From Eledone cirrhosa (taxonomy: Eukaryota): a stretch of 64,000 nucleotides of DNA. Below the pieces are notes generated by a model. The model was not told the DNA's origin, did no database searches, and saw only the letters and a program-made list of their open reading frames with translations. Shown here in pieces: positions 26,603-39,239 of the stretch. Position 1 is the stretch's first letter, and every line of letters starts with the position of its first letter. The stretch lies in contig OZ024740.1 in assembly GCA_964016885.1 (NCBI GenBank), positions 283,526,001 to 283,590,000 of the forward strand, read 5' to 3'. The position numbers and the translations under genes were made by a program.

Positions 26603-29128
26603 ATGAAGGCGCATGGCTTAGTTGTTAGAGCATTGGGCTTGCAATCGATAGGTTGTGAGTTCGGTTCTGCGTTCTATCCTTGAGCAAGATACTTTATTTC
26701 ACGTTGCTCCTTTTACTCAGATGTAGAAATCATTTGCGACGTTACTGGCGCCAAGCTGTATCGGCCATTGCCTTTCCCTTGGGCAACAATCGGTGGCGTG
26801 AAGAGGGGAAGCTGGTATGCATAGGCGACTGCTGGTCCTCCACTAACAACCTTGCCCGGACTTGTGCCTCAGAGGGAAACTTTCTTGGTGCATGGTCTTC
26901 CACTAACAACCTTGCCCGGACTTGTGACTCAGAGGGAAACTTTCTTGGTGCATGGTCTTCCATTAACAACCTTGCCCGGACTTGTGCCTCGGGGGGAAAC
27001 TTTCTTGGTGCATGGTCTTCCATTAACAACCTTGCCCGGACTTGTGCCTCGAGGGGAAACTTTCTTGGTGCATGGTCTTCCATTAACAACCTTGCCCGGA
27101 CTTGTGCCTCGGAGGGAAACTTTCTTGGTGCATGGTCTTCCACTAACAACCTTGCCCGGACTTGTGCCTCAGAGGGAAACTTTCTTGGTGCATGGTCTTC
27201 CACTAACAACCTTGCCCGGACTTGTGCCTCGGGGGGAAACTTTCTTGGTGCATGGTCTTCCACTAACAACCTTGCCCGGACTTGTGCCTCAGAGGGAAAC
27301 TTTCTTGGTACATGGTCTTCCACTAACAACCTTGCCCGGACTTGTGCCTCAGAGGGAAACTTTCTTGGTGCATGGTCTTCCACTAACAACCTTGCCCGGA
27401 CTTGTGCCTCAGAGGGAAACTTTCTTGGTGCATGGTCTTCCACTAACAACCTTGCCCGGACTTGTGCCTCGGGGGGAAACTTTCTTGGTGCTTGGTCTTC
27501 CACTAACAACCTTGCCCGGACTTGTGCCTCAGAGGGAAACTTTCTTGGTGCATGGTCTTCCACTAAGAGCCTTGCCCGGACTTGTGCCTCGGGGGGAAAC
27601 TTTCTTGGTGCATGGTCTTCCACTAACAACCTTGCCCGGACTTGTGCCTCAGAGGGAAACTTTCTTGGTGCATGGTCTTCCACTAACAACCTTGCCCGGA
27701 CTTGTGCCTCAGAGGGAAACTTTCTTGGTGCATGGTCTTCCACTAACAACCTTGCCCGGACTTGTGCCTCAGAGGGAAACTTTCTTGGTGCATGGTCTTC
27801 CACTAACAACCTTGCCCGGACTTGTGCCTCAGAGGGAAACTTTCTTGGTGCATGGTCTTCCACTAACAACCTTGCCCGGACTTGTGCCTCGGGGGGAAAC
27901 TTTCTTGGTGCTTGGTCTTCCACTAACAACCTTGCCCGGACTTGTGCCTCAGAGGGAAACTTTCTTGGTGCATGGTCTTCCACTAAGAGCCTTGCCCGGA
28001 CTTGTGCCTCGGGGGGAAACTTTCTTGGTGCATGGTCTTCCACTAACAACCTTGCCCGGACTTGTGCCTCAGAGGGAAACTTTCTTGGTGCATGGTCTTC
28101 CACTAACAACCTTGCCCGGACTTGTGCCTCAGAGGGAAACTTTCTTGGTGCATGGTCTTCCACTAACAACCTTGCCCGGACTTGTGCCTCGGGGGGAAAC
28201 TTTCTTGGTGCTTGGTCTTCCACTAACAACCTTGCCCGGACTTGTGCCTCAGAGGGAAACTTTCTTGGTGCATGGTCTTCCACTAAGAGCCTTGCCCGGA
28301 CTTGTGCCTCGGGGGGAAACTTTCTTGGTGCATGGTCTTCCACTAACAACCTTGCCCGGACTTGTGCCTCAGAGGGAAACTTTCTTGGTGCATGGTCTTC
28401 CACTAAGAGCCTTGCCCGGACTTGTGCCTCGGGGCGAAACTTTCTTGGTTCATGGTCTTCCACTAACAACCTTGCCCGGACTTGTGCCTCGGGGCGAAAC
28501 TTTCTTGGTGCATGGTCTTCCACTAACAACCTTGCCCGGACTTGTGCCTCAGAGGGAAACTTTCTTGGTGCTTGGTCTTCCACTAACAACCTTGCCCGGA
28601 CTTGTGCCTCGGGGCGAAACTTTCTTGGTGCATGGTCTTCCACTAACAACCTTGCCCGGACTTGTGCCTCAGAGGGAAACTTTCTTGGTGCTTGGTCTTC
28701 CACTAACAACCTTGCCCGGACTTGTGCCTCGGGGGGAAACTTTCTTGGTGCATGGTCTTCCACTAACAACCTTGCCCGGACTTGTGCCTCAGAGGGAAAC
28801 TTTCTTGGTGCATGGTCTTCCACTAACAACCTTGCCCGGACTTGTGCCTCGGGGCGAAACTTTCTTGGTGCATGGTCTTCCACTAACAACCTTGCCCGGA
28901 CTTGTGCCTCAGAGGGAAACTTTCTTGGTGCTTGGTCTTCCACTAACAACCTTGCCCGGACTTGTGCCTCGGGGGGAAACTTTCTTGGTGCATGGTCTTC
29001 CACTAACAACCTTGCCCGGACTTGTGCCTCAGAGGGAAACTTTCTTGGTGCATGGTCTTCCACTAAGAGCCTTGCCCGGACTTGTGCCTCGGGGGGGAAC
29101 TTTCTTGGTGTAAATCCCATGATCATTT
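26603..29128 (+). mobile_element. SINE B (tail type 2) containing an internal tandem array
   Basis: tRNA-like head and CCTTGAGCAAGATACTTTATTTCACGTTGCTCC at about 26603-26710 run directly into the array. Confidence 0.8.
26833..29110. repeat. 60-bp minisatellite, 38 units
   Basis: Unit TGGTCTTCCACTAACAACCTTGCCCGGACTTGTGCCTCRGRGGGAAACTTTCTTGGTGCA in exact 60-bp register. Confidence 0.98.
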
Positions 29129-29674
29129 ACCCTTATCATTTTACTCTCTATCGCAAAAAGGAGACGGGGACGTTGAACTGCATATTCAGTAGCTGTGAGC
29201 AGATCGCTTTGTTTATCGTTGAGAACACAAGCCAGCCTTTCTGACAAAGTGTTATGAACTAGAAAGTACCCATGATTAAGTAATTAAACTGAAATAAGCT
29301 TCAAGGTTTCAAGTTGACAATTATTTGTAATTCTCATATTGGGTCATTTTGTTTTTATGTTGTATTGTTTTATTGTCGCTGTGCTGTAATTCACACGGAA
29401 CTGCACCGACATACTACCCACAAATTGGTGCATGAGATACACAAATAATATGCATGCATATGTGTGTTTCTGTTTGAATGTCTGTGTGTGTAAGTATTAC
29501 GTGTGTTTGTATTTAATTACTGGGTTTGTTGTGATATATTATGCAATATTAATATGACACTTAAGAAAACACGGAACGTTTTTAAAAACTAGTTTCTATT
29601 CTGGTCTTTTATATAAGTAAACATTCTAAAGATTTTAATTACAGGCTTTGTTTTCAGAGACATCGCACACACAA

Positions 29675-29735
<61 letters not shown>

Positions 29736-29990
29736 CACATATACACACGCATAAACACACACTCAAACACACAGACACACACAAACGCACACACATACAG
29801 GTACACACACAAACACACATACACACATACACACTCACATATATATATTTATATGTATGTATAATATATGCATGTGTATACGTATTAAATCTTATTATAT
29901 TATATATATATATATTTATATATATATACATACATACATTTAATTATACATGTATGTAAATCTATATAAATGTGTATATATATTTATATA

Positions 29991-30033
<43 letters not shown>

Positions 30034-30089
30034 TTATATAGATTTATATACATGTATAATTAAATGTATGTATATATATATATATATAT

Positions 30090-30153
<64 letters not shown>

Positions 30154-30432
30154 CTATACTATTTTTTTATTTGAAAATTGAATTAGAACGTACGCACTTA
30201 TATAATTATTCATACAGTTATGTAGTTACTGAAATGTCCTCAGCTTCAAAACTGAGATATATTTACTTTTCATAAAATATTGAGTACTTTTTTCTCCCTT
30301 ATATATATATATATCAAAACGTTCAGACCCTTTTCCTACTATATCAAGCGTTAAATTAATATATTTCTTTGTACTGTAACGTTTTCCTGTATCGTTAATC
30401 CGTTTTCTTTTCGAATATTGATGTGTGTATGC

Positions 30433-30491
<59 letters not shown>

Positions 30492-31499
30492 GTATGGTGA
30501 TAGGAAAGAAGCATTAAATACAAATGACTATTTGCATAATGCTAATTCCCATTATCTCATTGATATGAAACTTCTATCACAGTTAAATATACCACATTTA
30601 CTTCTTCGTGAGGAATTCACACATCCCAGCAAAGAAAACCACATTTGAAATTAATCGTTGTAGATAACGAAACACAGCTAAATGAGATGCACTAATTGTA
30701 TTTGACACTATAAAATATGACCCATCAAATTAATTTTGTCGAGATTTTTAACCAATGAAGCTTTCTGAATTAATTATTCAAATTCTCCCCTGGAATTCCA
30801 ATTTCATGTTTTTCATTCTTTATTTTAAATTGAATTTTGTTGATTTTAAAGTATTGAACGTGTCTTATTTGAACTTAATTTCCAAACTGCCATTCTCTGA
30901 ATATTTTTAAAATGGCGAACAAAGAGCAGTTAATAAAAAAAAGTGAGGTTAAATATAATTTTCCAGTGAGACGTAATGAATAAAAACATTAACTGGTTGT
31001 TACAAGAGTCGAATAATTAATTCGCTGCTACTACCATATTCAAATAAGAAACCGTTCTGACAATTACGTAAATTTAAATTTGGTTCAACGATAATCTTGT
31101 TTTGGTAAACATTATTATATTTTGTTTAAATTTCTATTCAATATATTGTTTATTATATTTAGATATGGCGGATGTGGCGGATATAGTGATTGTTGTATAA
31201 ACTTCAGTAACAAAAGCTGAATATTAATAAGAAAAAAATTCATAAGTATTAAATACCAATGATGTAGAATAATAATACATAGCAATAGCAAAATTTAATA
31301 CGCATCAAATAACTATAACAACATAGAATCATAATGGATAACAATAGAGCTCAGAACTTAAAACACCGAAACAAATACTGCAAGGGACTTTTCCGGATGT
31401 TCTGGCGATTCTGAAATAATTACAACATAGAATAATACAATAATAACATTTAATACAAAGACAATGAAGTCATGAATATATTAATAAAACATTGTCATT

Positions 31500-31848
31500 T
31501 CGATTGGTAGTTCCGGTAGAGCGTCAGGCAACATGTTTTTCAGCATAGAGTTACGGCTCTTTACGTTCTGATTTCAAATCCCGCCGAGCGTAGCTCTGCA
31601 TTTCATCTTTACGGGTCGATAAAATGAAGTACCAGTAATGCACTGGTGTCGATTTAATCGACTTTCTCATCCCACAAAATTGCTGACTTTTTGCCTATAG
31701 TAGAAATCATGATTTCACTCTATACGGTCTGAGTTCAAATCCCGCCGAGGTTAACTTTACCTTTCATCCTTACGGGGGCGATAAAATAAAGTACCAGTAA
31801 TGTACTGGGATAATTGCTGGCGTTGTGCCAAAAGTAGAAACAATTATT
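31500..31848 (+). mobile_element. SINE A long form plus partial copy
   Basis: Consensus match; long form has a GTCGATTTAATCGAC hairpin. Confidence 0.8.
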
Positions 31849-31996
31849 TCAGTATATAACTATGTTAATGTGCCAACGAAAATGTCACCATGACCTCGAG
31901 TCAGCTTCTTAGGAATAACAGCCAAGGCACCATCAAATCACATTCTACTCTTCTAAAGATAGGAAGGATACATTGACAACATGGTAAAACCTACAT

Positions 31997-32734
31997 CAGT
32001 GCTACTCAAAGTGGTCGTCCGCGGACCGGTGGCAGTACGCGAGCCATCAGCTACCGGACGCGGCCAGTGTCCAGGCCATGTTAAGGAATCATTTGAGGCA
32101 TTTTTTTAATTACTTTTTTATGTTTTGATATTGTATTATTTGTTTACAAAATAAATAGAAGATAAAAAAAATGGTCAACTATTATTATTTGGCAGTATCG
32201 GTAGAGGGTTGGACGCCATGTTTTCTAGCATAGCTACGGCCCTTTCCAATCTGAGTTCAAATCCCGCCGAGGTTAACTTTGCCTTTCATCCTTACGGGGT
32301 CGATAAAATAAAGTACCAGTAATGTACTGGGATAATTGCTGGCCTTGTGCCTAAAGTAGAAACAATTATATTCATTATATATATATATATCGTTTCCGGT
32401 ATAAATTAATTGTTTCTACTTTAGGCACAAGGCCAGCAATTATCCAGTGCATTACTGGTACTTTATTTTATCGACCCCGTAAGGATGAAAGGCAAAGTCA
32501 ACCTCGGCGGGATTTGAACTCAAATCGTAAAGGGACGTAACTATGCTGGAAAGCATGGCGTCCGACCCTCTACCGATACTGCCAATAAATTAATATTACT
32601 ACGAAATATTAGCAGTACGTGGCACATTGAAAAAGAAAATGGTCAACTATTATTATTTGGCAGTATCGGTAGAGGGTTGGACGCCATGTTTTCTAGCATA
32701 GATACGGCCCTTTCAGATAGTTTGAGAAGCACTG
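31997..32734. mobile_element. hAT/Charlie-like MITE interrupted by SINEs
   Basis: CAGTGCTACTCAAA ... TTTGAGAAGCACTG terminal inverted repeats; TSD decayed. Confidence 0.65.
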
Positions 32735-32925
32735 GACTAGATAATTGTTTCTACTTTAGGCACAAGGCAGCAATTATCCAGTGCATTACTGGTACTTTAT
32801 TTTATCGACCCCGTAAGGATGAAAGGCAAAGTTAACCTCGGCGGGATTTGAACTCAGATCGTAAAGGGACGTAACTATGCTGGAAAGCATGGCGTCCGAC
32901 CTTCTACCGATACTGCCAATCCACC
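32188..32925. mobile_element. SINE A cluster: 32188-32370 (+), 32408-32587 (-), 32657-32713 (+, partial), 32742-32925 (-)
   Basis: Consensus matches on both strands. Confidence 0.85.
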
Positions 32926-32944
32926 TAGATAATCATTGCTAAAG

Positions 32945-33540
32945 TATGTTTGATTATGTTATGTTATGTGTTTGATTATGTTATGTTATGTGCTTGATTA
33001 TGTGTTTGATTATGTTATATGTTTGATTATATTATGTGTTTGCTTATGTTATGTGTTTGATTATGTGTTTGATTATGTTATACGTTTGATTATGTTATGT
33101 GTTTGATTATGTTATGTTATGTGTTTGATTATGTGTTTGATTATGTTATACGTTTGATTATGTTACGTGTTTGATTATGTTATGTTATGTGTTTGATTAT
33201 GTGTTTGATTATGTTATATGTTTGATTATGTTATGTGTTTGATTATGTTATGTGTTTGATTATGTTATGTGTTTGATTATGTTATGTTATGTATTTGATT
33301 ATGTGTTTGATTGTTATATGTTTGATTATGTTATGTGTTTGATTATGTTATGTGTTTGATTATGTTATGTTATGTGTTTGATTATGTTATGTGTTTGATT
33401 ATGTTATGTTATGTGTTTGATTATGTTATGTGTTTGATTATGTTATGTGTTTGATTATGTTATGTTATGTGTTTGATTATGTTATGTTATGTGTTTGATT
33501 ATGTGTTTGATTGTTATATGTTTGATTATGTTATGTGTTT
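32945..33540. repeat. Minisatellite built from TGTTTGATTA and TGTTA modules
   Basis: Direct inspection, 10-20 bp variable units. Confidence 0.9.
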
Positions 33541-33629
33541 GCTGGATCACGATGAAGATTTTCGGCAATCCCATAGATGTTGATTCCAGTTTTTCAAACA
33601 TAAGTAACCTACATTATGCAACAACAAAA

Positions 33630-34098
33630 ACACCATCATCACTTTCATCATCGTCATCATCATTCTCATCTTCTTCAGCAGTAGCAGCAACATCATCATC
33701 ATCATCATCATCTTCAGCTTCATCTTCATCGTTATTATTATCGTCATCTTCAGAATTATCGTCATTTTCATCATCGTCGTCGTCGTCGTCGTCATCGTCA
33801 CCATCAGCACCACCACCACCACCATCACCATCATCACCATCATCACCATCATAATCATCATCATCGTCGTCGTCGTCATCGTCATCCTCACCACGATCGC
33901 GATGATGATGATGACGATCATCATCATCATCATCATCATCACCATCATCGTCATCATCATCATCACCGTCATGATCATTATCATCATCACCACTATTACC
34001 AACGTAATCATCATTGTCATCATCATCATCCTCATCATCATCATCATCATCATCATTCTCATCCTTATCGTCGTCGTCGTCGTCGTTGTCATCAATGG

Positions 34099-34135
<37 letters not shown>

Positions 34136-34165
34136 TTCGTCGTAGTTGTTGTCGTCGTCGTCATT
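33630..34165. repeat. (ATC)n-type low-complexity tract
   Basis: Direct inspection. Confidence 0.9.
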
Positions 34166-34531
34166 ATGGCGTGAGGCGTGAGAATCGTTAAAGTAAAATC
34201 TTTATTCACTGTTATGTAATTACTCATATAAGTGCCAACTAGTCTCCCCCACTCCACCCCACCCACCTCCCCCACACACACCCTCATCTATACTCTCTCC
34301 CTCCCTCTCCCCCTCTCCCACTCTCCAATACTATAAATATTACAATCTATCAATTAAAATGTTGCTGGTCACACCTATTTAAATGAAGTTGATTATATTT
34401 TTTTACCTGTAGCTAATTATAGCTGACTCAACCCTCTCCCCCCTTTCTTTATCGTTTTGTCATTGCTGTTGTTATATAACCCCAGGCAAACCCGTTCTAC
34501 GATGACCATCCCATGTGTAATTAGGAATATG

Positions 34532-35012
34532 GTGAATGCGAGTGGCTTAGTGGTTAGAGAGTTGGATTCGCAATCGTAGGGTTGCGAGTTCAATTCTCGG
34601 ACCGGGCGGTGCGTTGTGTCCTTGAGCAAGACACTTTATTTCACGTTGCTCCTTCTGCGAGGAGTTGCCACCGATAGACAGTATCAGCAATGGAAAAACC
34701 AATGGAAACATTGTTTCCTTGGTCCGAATTGACGAGTTCCACCCTATTCGGCAAGTGAATGAGGACTGGGATTTTGTCTATCGATCAGAGCGAGTGAATT
34801 AGGGTTACATTATCATGTGAAGGACGGTGGATTGGCAGTATCAGTAGAGGTTCGGACGCCATGCTTTGACGCATAGAGTTACGGCCCTTGCGATTCTGAG
34901 TTCAAATTCCGCCGAGGTTAACTTTGCCTTTCATCCTTACGGCGTCGATAAAATAAAGTACCAGTAATACACTGGGTAATTGCTGGCCTTGTGCCAATAG
35001 TAGAAACAATTA
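34532..35012 (+). mobile_element. SINE B tail type 3 (34532-34740) and SINE A (34824-35012)
   Basis: Type 3 tail GGAGTTGC..CAGCAATGGAAA.ACCAATGGAAACATTGTT also at 48673-48875 (+) and 56640-56842 (-). Confidence 0.8.
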
Positions 35013-35400
35013 TCATGTATGACCTTACATTTATTCAAAGACATTGTATTTGAAGTAGATTTGGTTACTATGTGTAGCTGGTAAATACATTGTCTCGTTT
35101 CAGTAGTAATCATAGTGGTTACTGTTGTTTAACCCCAGGTCAACCCTATTTGAAAAGACACTCATACAAATGTGTTGCAACCTTTTATTCAAGTGTAGTA
35201 TACCTACAGCTATATTATAAAATATGTATTTCCTTTTTTAAAACGATTGTGCGGGATTCGAAGGATATTTGGTTGTTATTTCTAACAAATCTTATAACCA
35301 TATACAGGATCTCTTATTTCAGTTATACTCAGTCGAAGAATATGTGCAAATGTGTATGTGTATATGCATAATGTAAAGGCGTTGTGGATATGGATATAAA

Positions 35401-35433
<33 letters not shown>

Positions 35434-35604
35434 TATATATATATATATATTATATATATATATATATATATATGTAAAGTTATATTTAAAATTGTTGGGT
35501 TACAACTAGTAAATATTTATAACTGATATAAAAGCACTCGACAAATATTTGGAGTATATTTACAATATTAAATAAATGGAAAACTATATTTATAAAACCA
35601 TATT

Positions 35605-35670
35605 TATTTCATTATATATATTTCGGGGATATCATATTAACAATATGCTATGCCTTCATCAGACAAAATA
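35605..35670 (-). ncRNA. Minimal type I hammerhead (F3), mirror copy
   Basis: Reverse complement of 35828-35893. Confidence 0.75.
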
Positions 35671-35827
35671 CAATATAAACAGTTTTATAGATAAATATAT
35701 TCGACATACCGTAATAAACATCAACTTCATTTGAAGAGGTTTACTCTGCTAGAGTAAACCTCTTCAAATGAAGTTGATGTTTATTACGGTATGTCGAATA
35801 TATTTATCTATAAAACTGTTTATATTG

Positions 35828-35893
35828 TATTTTGTCTGATGAAGGCATAGCATATTGTTAATATGATATCCCCGAAATATATATAATGAAATA
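35828..35893 (+). ncRNA. Minimal type I hammerhead (F3)
   Basis: TATTTTGT-CTGATGA(35836-35842)-stem II with CATATT/AATATG-GAAA(35874-35877)-TATATA-TA^ATGAAATA. Confidence 0.75.
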
Positions 35894-35935
35894 AATATGG
35901 TTTTATAAATATAGTTTTCCATTTATTTAATATTG

Positions 35936-35969
<34 letters not shown>

Positions 35970-36013
35970 ATATATATTATATATATATATATATTATATA
36001 TATATATATATAT

Positions 36014-36067
<54 letters not shown>

Positions 36068-36159
36068 CTCTTTTACTCTTTTACCTGTTTCAGCCATCCC
36101 GCTGAGGCCATGCTGGGGCACCGCCCTTGTATATATATATATTATATATATATATATAT

Positions 36160-36352
36160 TACAATATTAAACAAATGGAAACTATATTTATAAAACCATA
36201 TTTATTTCATTATATGGTTTTATAAATATGGTTTTATAAATATAGTTTCCATTTGTTTAATATCGTATATCTACTCCAAAAACTTGTCGAGTGCTTTATA
36301 TCAGTTATAAAATATTTACTTGTTGTAACCCAACAATTTTAAATAAAACTTT

Positions 36353-36358
<6 letters not shown>
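36160..36358 (+). mobile_element. F3 3' fragment with fold-back head
   Basis: Ends AAATAAAACTTTTGCA(TA)n as at 51150; head is an inverted copy of its own body. Confidence 0.75.
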
Positions 36359-36400
<42 letters not shown>

Positions 36401-36404
36401 ATAT

Positions 36405-36590
36405 ATTGTTTCTACTTTTGGCACAAGGCCAGCAATTATCCCAGTGTATTACTGGTACTTTATTTTATCGACCCCGTAAGGATGAAAGGCAAAGTTAACC
36501 TCGGCGGGATTTGAACTCAGTCCGTAAAGGGACGTAACTGTGCTGCAAAGCATGGCGTCCGACCCTCTACCGATACTGCCAATCCACCGT
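36405..36590 (-). mobile_element. SINE A
   Basis: Consensus match. Confidence 0.85.
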
Positions 36591-36916
36591 GAAAGTGAGG
36601 GGGTTTTTTTAAATGGAAAAAGACGAGATGTCCTTACCGAGTGAAACCTATAAGGAAAAAAATCAAATCGAAAATGCAACTGGAGTCTTTTTTTTTTTTT
36701 AATATATTTACTTGGTTTCTTTACCGGTTTCACAGTTCTTGTGCTTTTCAAAAGTAGGATTGAGATGGAGGGTTTGTGATTTTTCTCCTATCTGGTTGCT
36801 GTTCTAATGTTACTTCTGTTTTATATGGAAAAAAAGTGGCTCGAAATGCTAAATGTTTCTAGAAAATTAATTTGGTTGGTTGATGACTGTCATGTGAATA
36901 AGTATAACAAATTTTG

Positions 36917-36947
<31 letters not shown>

Positions 36948-37105
36948 ATACTTTGGGAGGGTCATGTTGCCAATAAGAAACACACGCACCAGTTGCTTTC
37001 ACTTCAATTTATTATATATTTATAAATTTATAAATTTACAAATCTACAAACTTATAAATTTCTGGTTGGTTGGTTGGTTCCACAACCAGATAGTTGTTTA
37101 TATAT

Positions 37106-37150
37106 AGTCATAGTCCTTTCGTCACACACTCTGTGACCTCTTCAGTGACT
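37106..37150 (-). ncRNA. Minimal type I hammerhead (F4), mirror copy
   Basis: Reverse complement of 37274-37318. Confidence 0.8.
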
Positions 37151-37273
37151 GGGGATTCCTTTCTTTGTTTCTGTGCCTTTCCTTTCTTCTGTCCTACGCC
37201 ATTTTGTTTCTGAGAAACAAAATGGCGTAGGACAGATGAAAGGAAAGGCACAGAAACAAAGAAAGGAATCCCC

Positions 37274-37318
37274 AGTCACTGAAGAGGTCACAGAGTGTGT
37301 GACGAAAGGACTATGACT
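37274..37318 (+). ncRNA. Minimal type I hammerhead (F4)
   Basis: AGTCA-CTGAAGA-gGTCAC agagtgt GTGAC-GAAA-ggac-TA^TGACT. Confidence 0.85.
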
Positions 37319-37538
37319 ATATATAAACAACTATCTGGTTGTGGAACCAACCAACCAACCAGAAATTTATAAGTTTGTAGATTTGTAAATTTATAAATTT
37401 ATAAATATATAATAAATTGAAGTGAAAGCAACTGGTGCGTGTGTTTCTTATTGGCAACATGACCCTCCCAAAGTATAACAATATCGGTTTCAACACACGA
37501 TTTCAGATAAAGAATCTTGCTAAACAAATTCAGAAACG

Positions 37539-37588
<50 letters not shown>

Positions 37589-37718
37589 GCATATGTACTC
37601 TCTCTCTCTCTCCGTCAACTTACTCCTTCCCTCAATGAATCTTTTCTCTACCCCCCCCCCCTCTCTCTCTCGTACATTTACACAATCTTCTTTTCAGTTA
37701 CTCTATCAAAATAGTCTT

Positions 37719-37750
<32 letters not shown>

Positions 37751-38513
37751 AAACATGAGAAGAAAGAAGAAAGAATACTGCGTGGTTTGCACATGGGTTA
37801 CATATGATAAAAATAGTCCTTCGTCAGTGATTTTCCAACCATCATTGGTATTTCATCGCATTAAAAATCACATACCTCAGGTTGGTGCGAGCAATAAGCT
37901 AAAAAATGTTATTGGGACCAGTAATCGAGTAAAGCGAGGGGGACAAGTGAACAACATAGAAGGATAAAAACATATATATATATATATATAAAGAATCGCT
38001 GCTTTCACCCTTAACGGTAAATCTGTATGTGCACACGTATAGATGTATGTAAATGCGTGTGTAAGAGTGTATATTCCACGGTGTAAGAGAAATGGAACCA
38101 GTCATTTGCATAAGAATGAGAAGAAGAAAATAAACAACGTCAACGCCTTACTTGAAGATTATAGAAAATTACTGAAACATTTGTTCACCAAAGGCAATAT
38201 AGTTTGTATGTATTTGTGTTTTCCTGATCTTCGTTTTATATATATATATATATATATATATAATGTAGGACGTGAGTTTTATTGTAGTACAATAAAGCAA
38301 TGCAGATATTGGATAAGTAGCACTCTACAGTTTGTAGGACTGGAGTATACATAATATATAAGATCAAAAGATGGTTAAATGAGTTCCATGTATTTTATTA
38401 TGCGCATTTCAAAAACAAATATCATCACGCAATAACATTTGTGTGTTCATCAGACAAAATAGGAAGACATGATATGAAGGTTAAAAATACTTGTGGATAG
38501 TGCAGTTTTAAAT

Positions 38514-38551
<38 letters not shown>

Positions 38552-38556
<5 letters not shown>

Positions 38557-38737
38557 AACGAGTAGGACCCCGACGGCTGAGCTCAAGCCGTTTCGACAGC
38601 TAATTAGCCGTCGAAACTGCGTGAGCTCAGCCGTCTGGGTCCTGACTCTTTTCCTATTACCCACTCTACTACCCTAAGTATTGAGTGCTTTGGTGCGTTA
38701 TGGTCCACCTGGTTCCTTACCACATTTCCTTCGTTAT
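38552..38737 (+). mobile_element. F7 element with imperfect palindromic head (centre 38603/38604)
   Basis: Shared tail; head contains GAAAC..GCCGTC. Confidence 0.8.
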
Positions 38738-39239
38738 ATATATATATATATACATGTGTGTGTATCTATGTGTGTGTGTGTATGTATGCATGTATGTATG
38801 TCTTTATGTGTACGTATATATATAAGTATACATATGTGTATATATGTGCGTATATATGTATGTATGTATGCATGTATGTCTGTGCGTAAGTATGTATTTA
38901 TGTCTATGTGTACATATATATGTAAGTATACATATGTGTATGCATGTATGTATGCGTGTGTGTATGTTTGAGGTAATTAGTCAATGTAAGCGTATGTGTC
39001 ATTTTATGTCTGTGTGTGTGCGCGCGCGCGCATGTTTTTGTCTGTATCTGTGTGTGTGTGTGTGTATGTGTGTATGTGTATCTGTGTGTGTGTGTGTGTG
39101 TGTATGTGTGTATGTGTATCTGTGTGTGTACGTGGAGTTATACATTACCGCATGCATTCTTATGTATGTAAGTATACATATATGTATATATATGTGTATG
39201 TATGTATATATGTACGTTTGAAGTAATTAGTCAATGTAC

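Larger units (their letters stand above)
35561..35937. repeat. 377-bp palindrome (3-nt loop at 35748-35750) of an F3 element
   Basis: Arms reverse-complementary with no mismatch seen; left arm extends to the element end at about 35472. Confidence 0.95.
36940..37484. repeat. 545-bp palindrome (centre 37212) of an F4 element
   Basis: Arms reverse-complementary with one mismatch seen. Confidence 0.95.

Noticed and set aside
26680-29244. 854/794/753-aa ORFs as a repeat protein gene, or the array as CRISPR
   Set aside because: Frames are open on both strands because the 60-bp unit lacks stops; the ORF starts inside a SINE; there are no unique spacers and no cas genes
34532-34610. tRNA genes at SINE heads
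   Set aside because: A/B-box-like motifs present but no intact cloverleaf seen; all continue into SINE bodies
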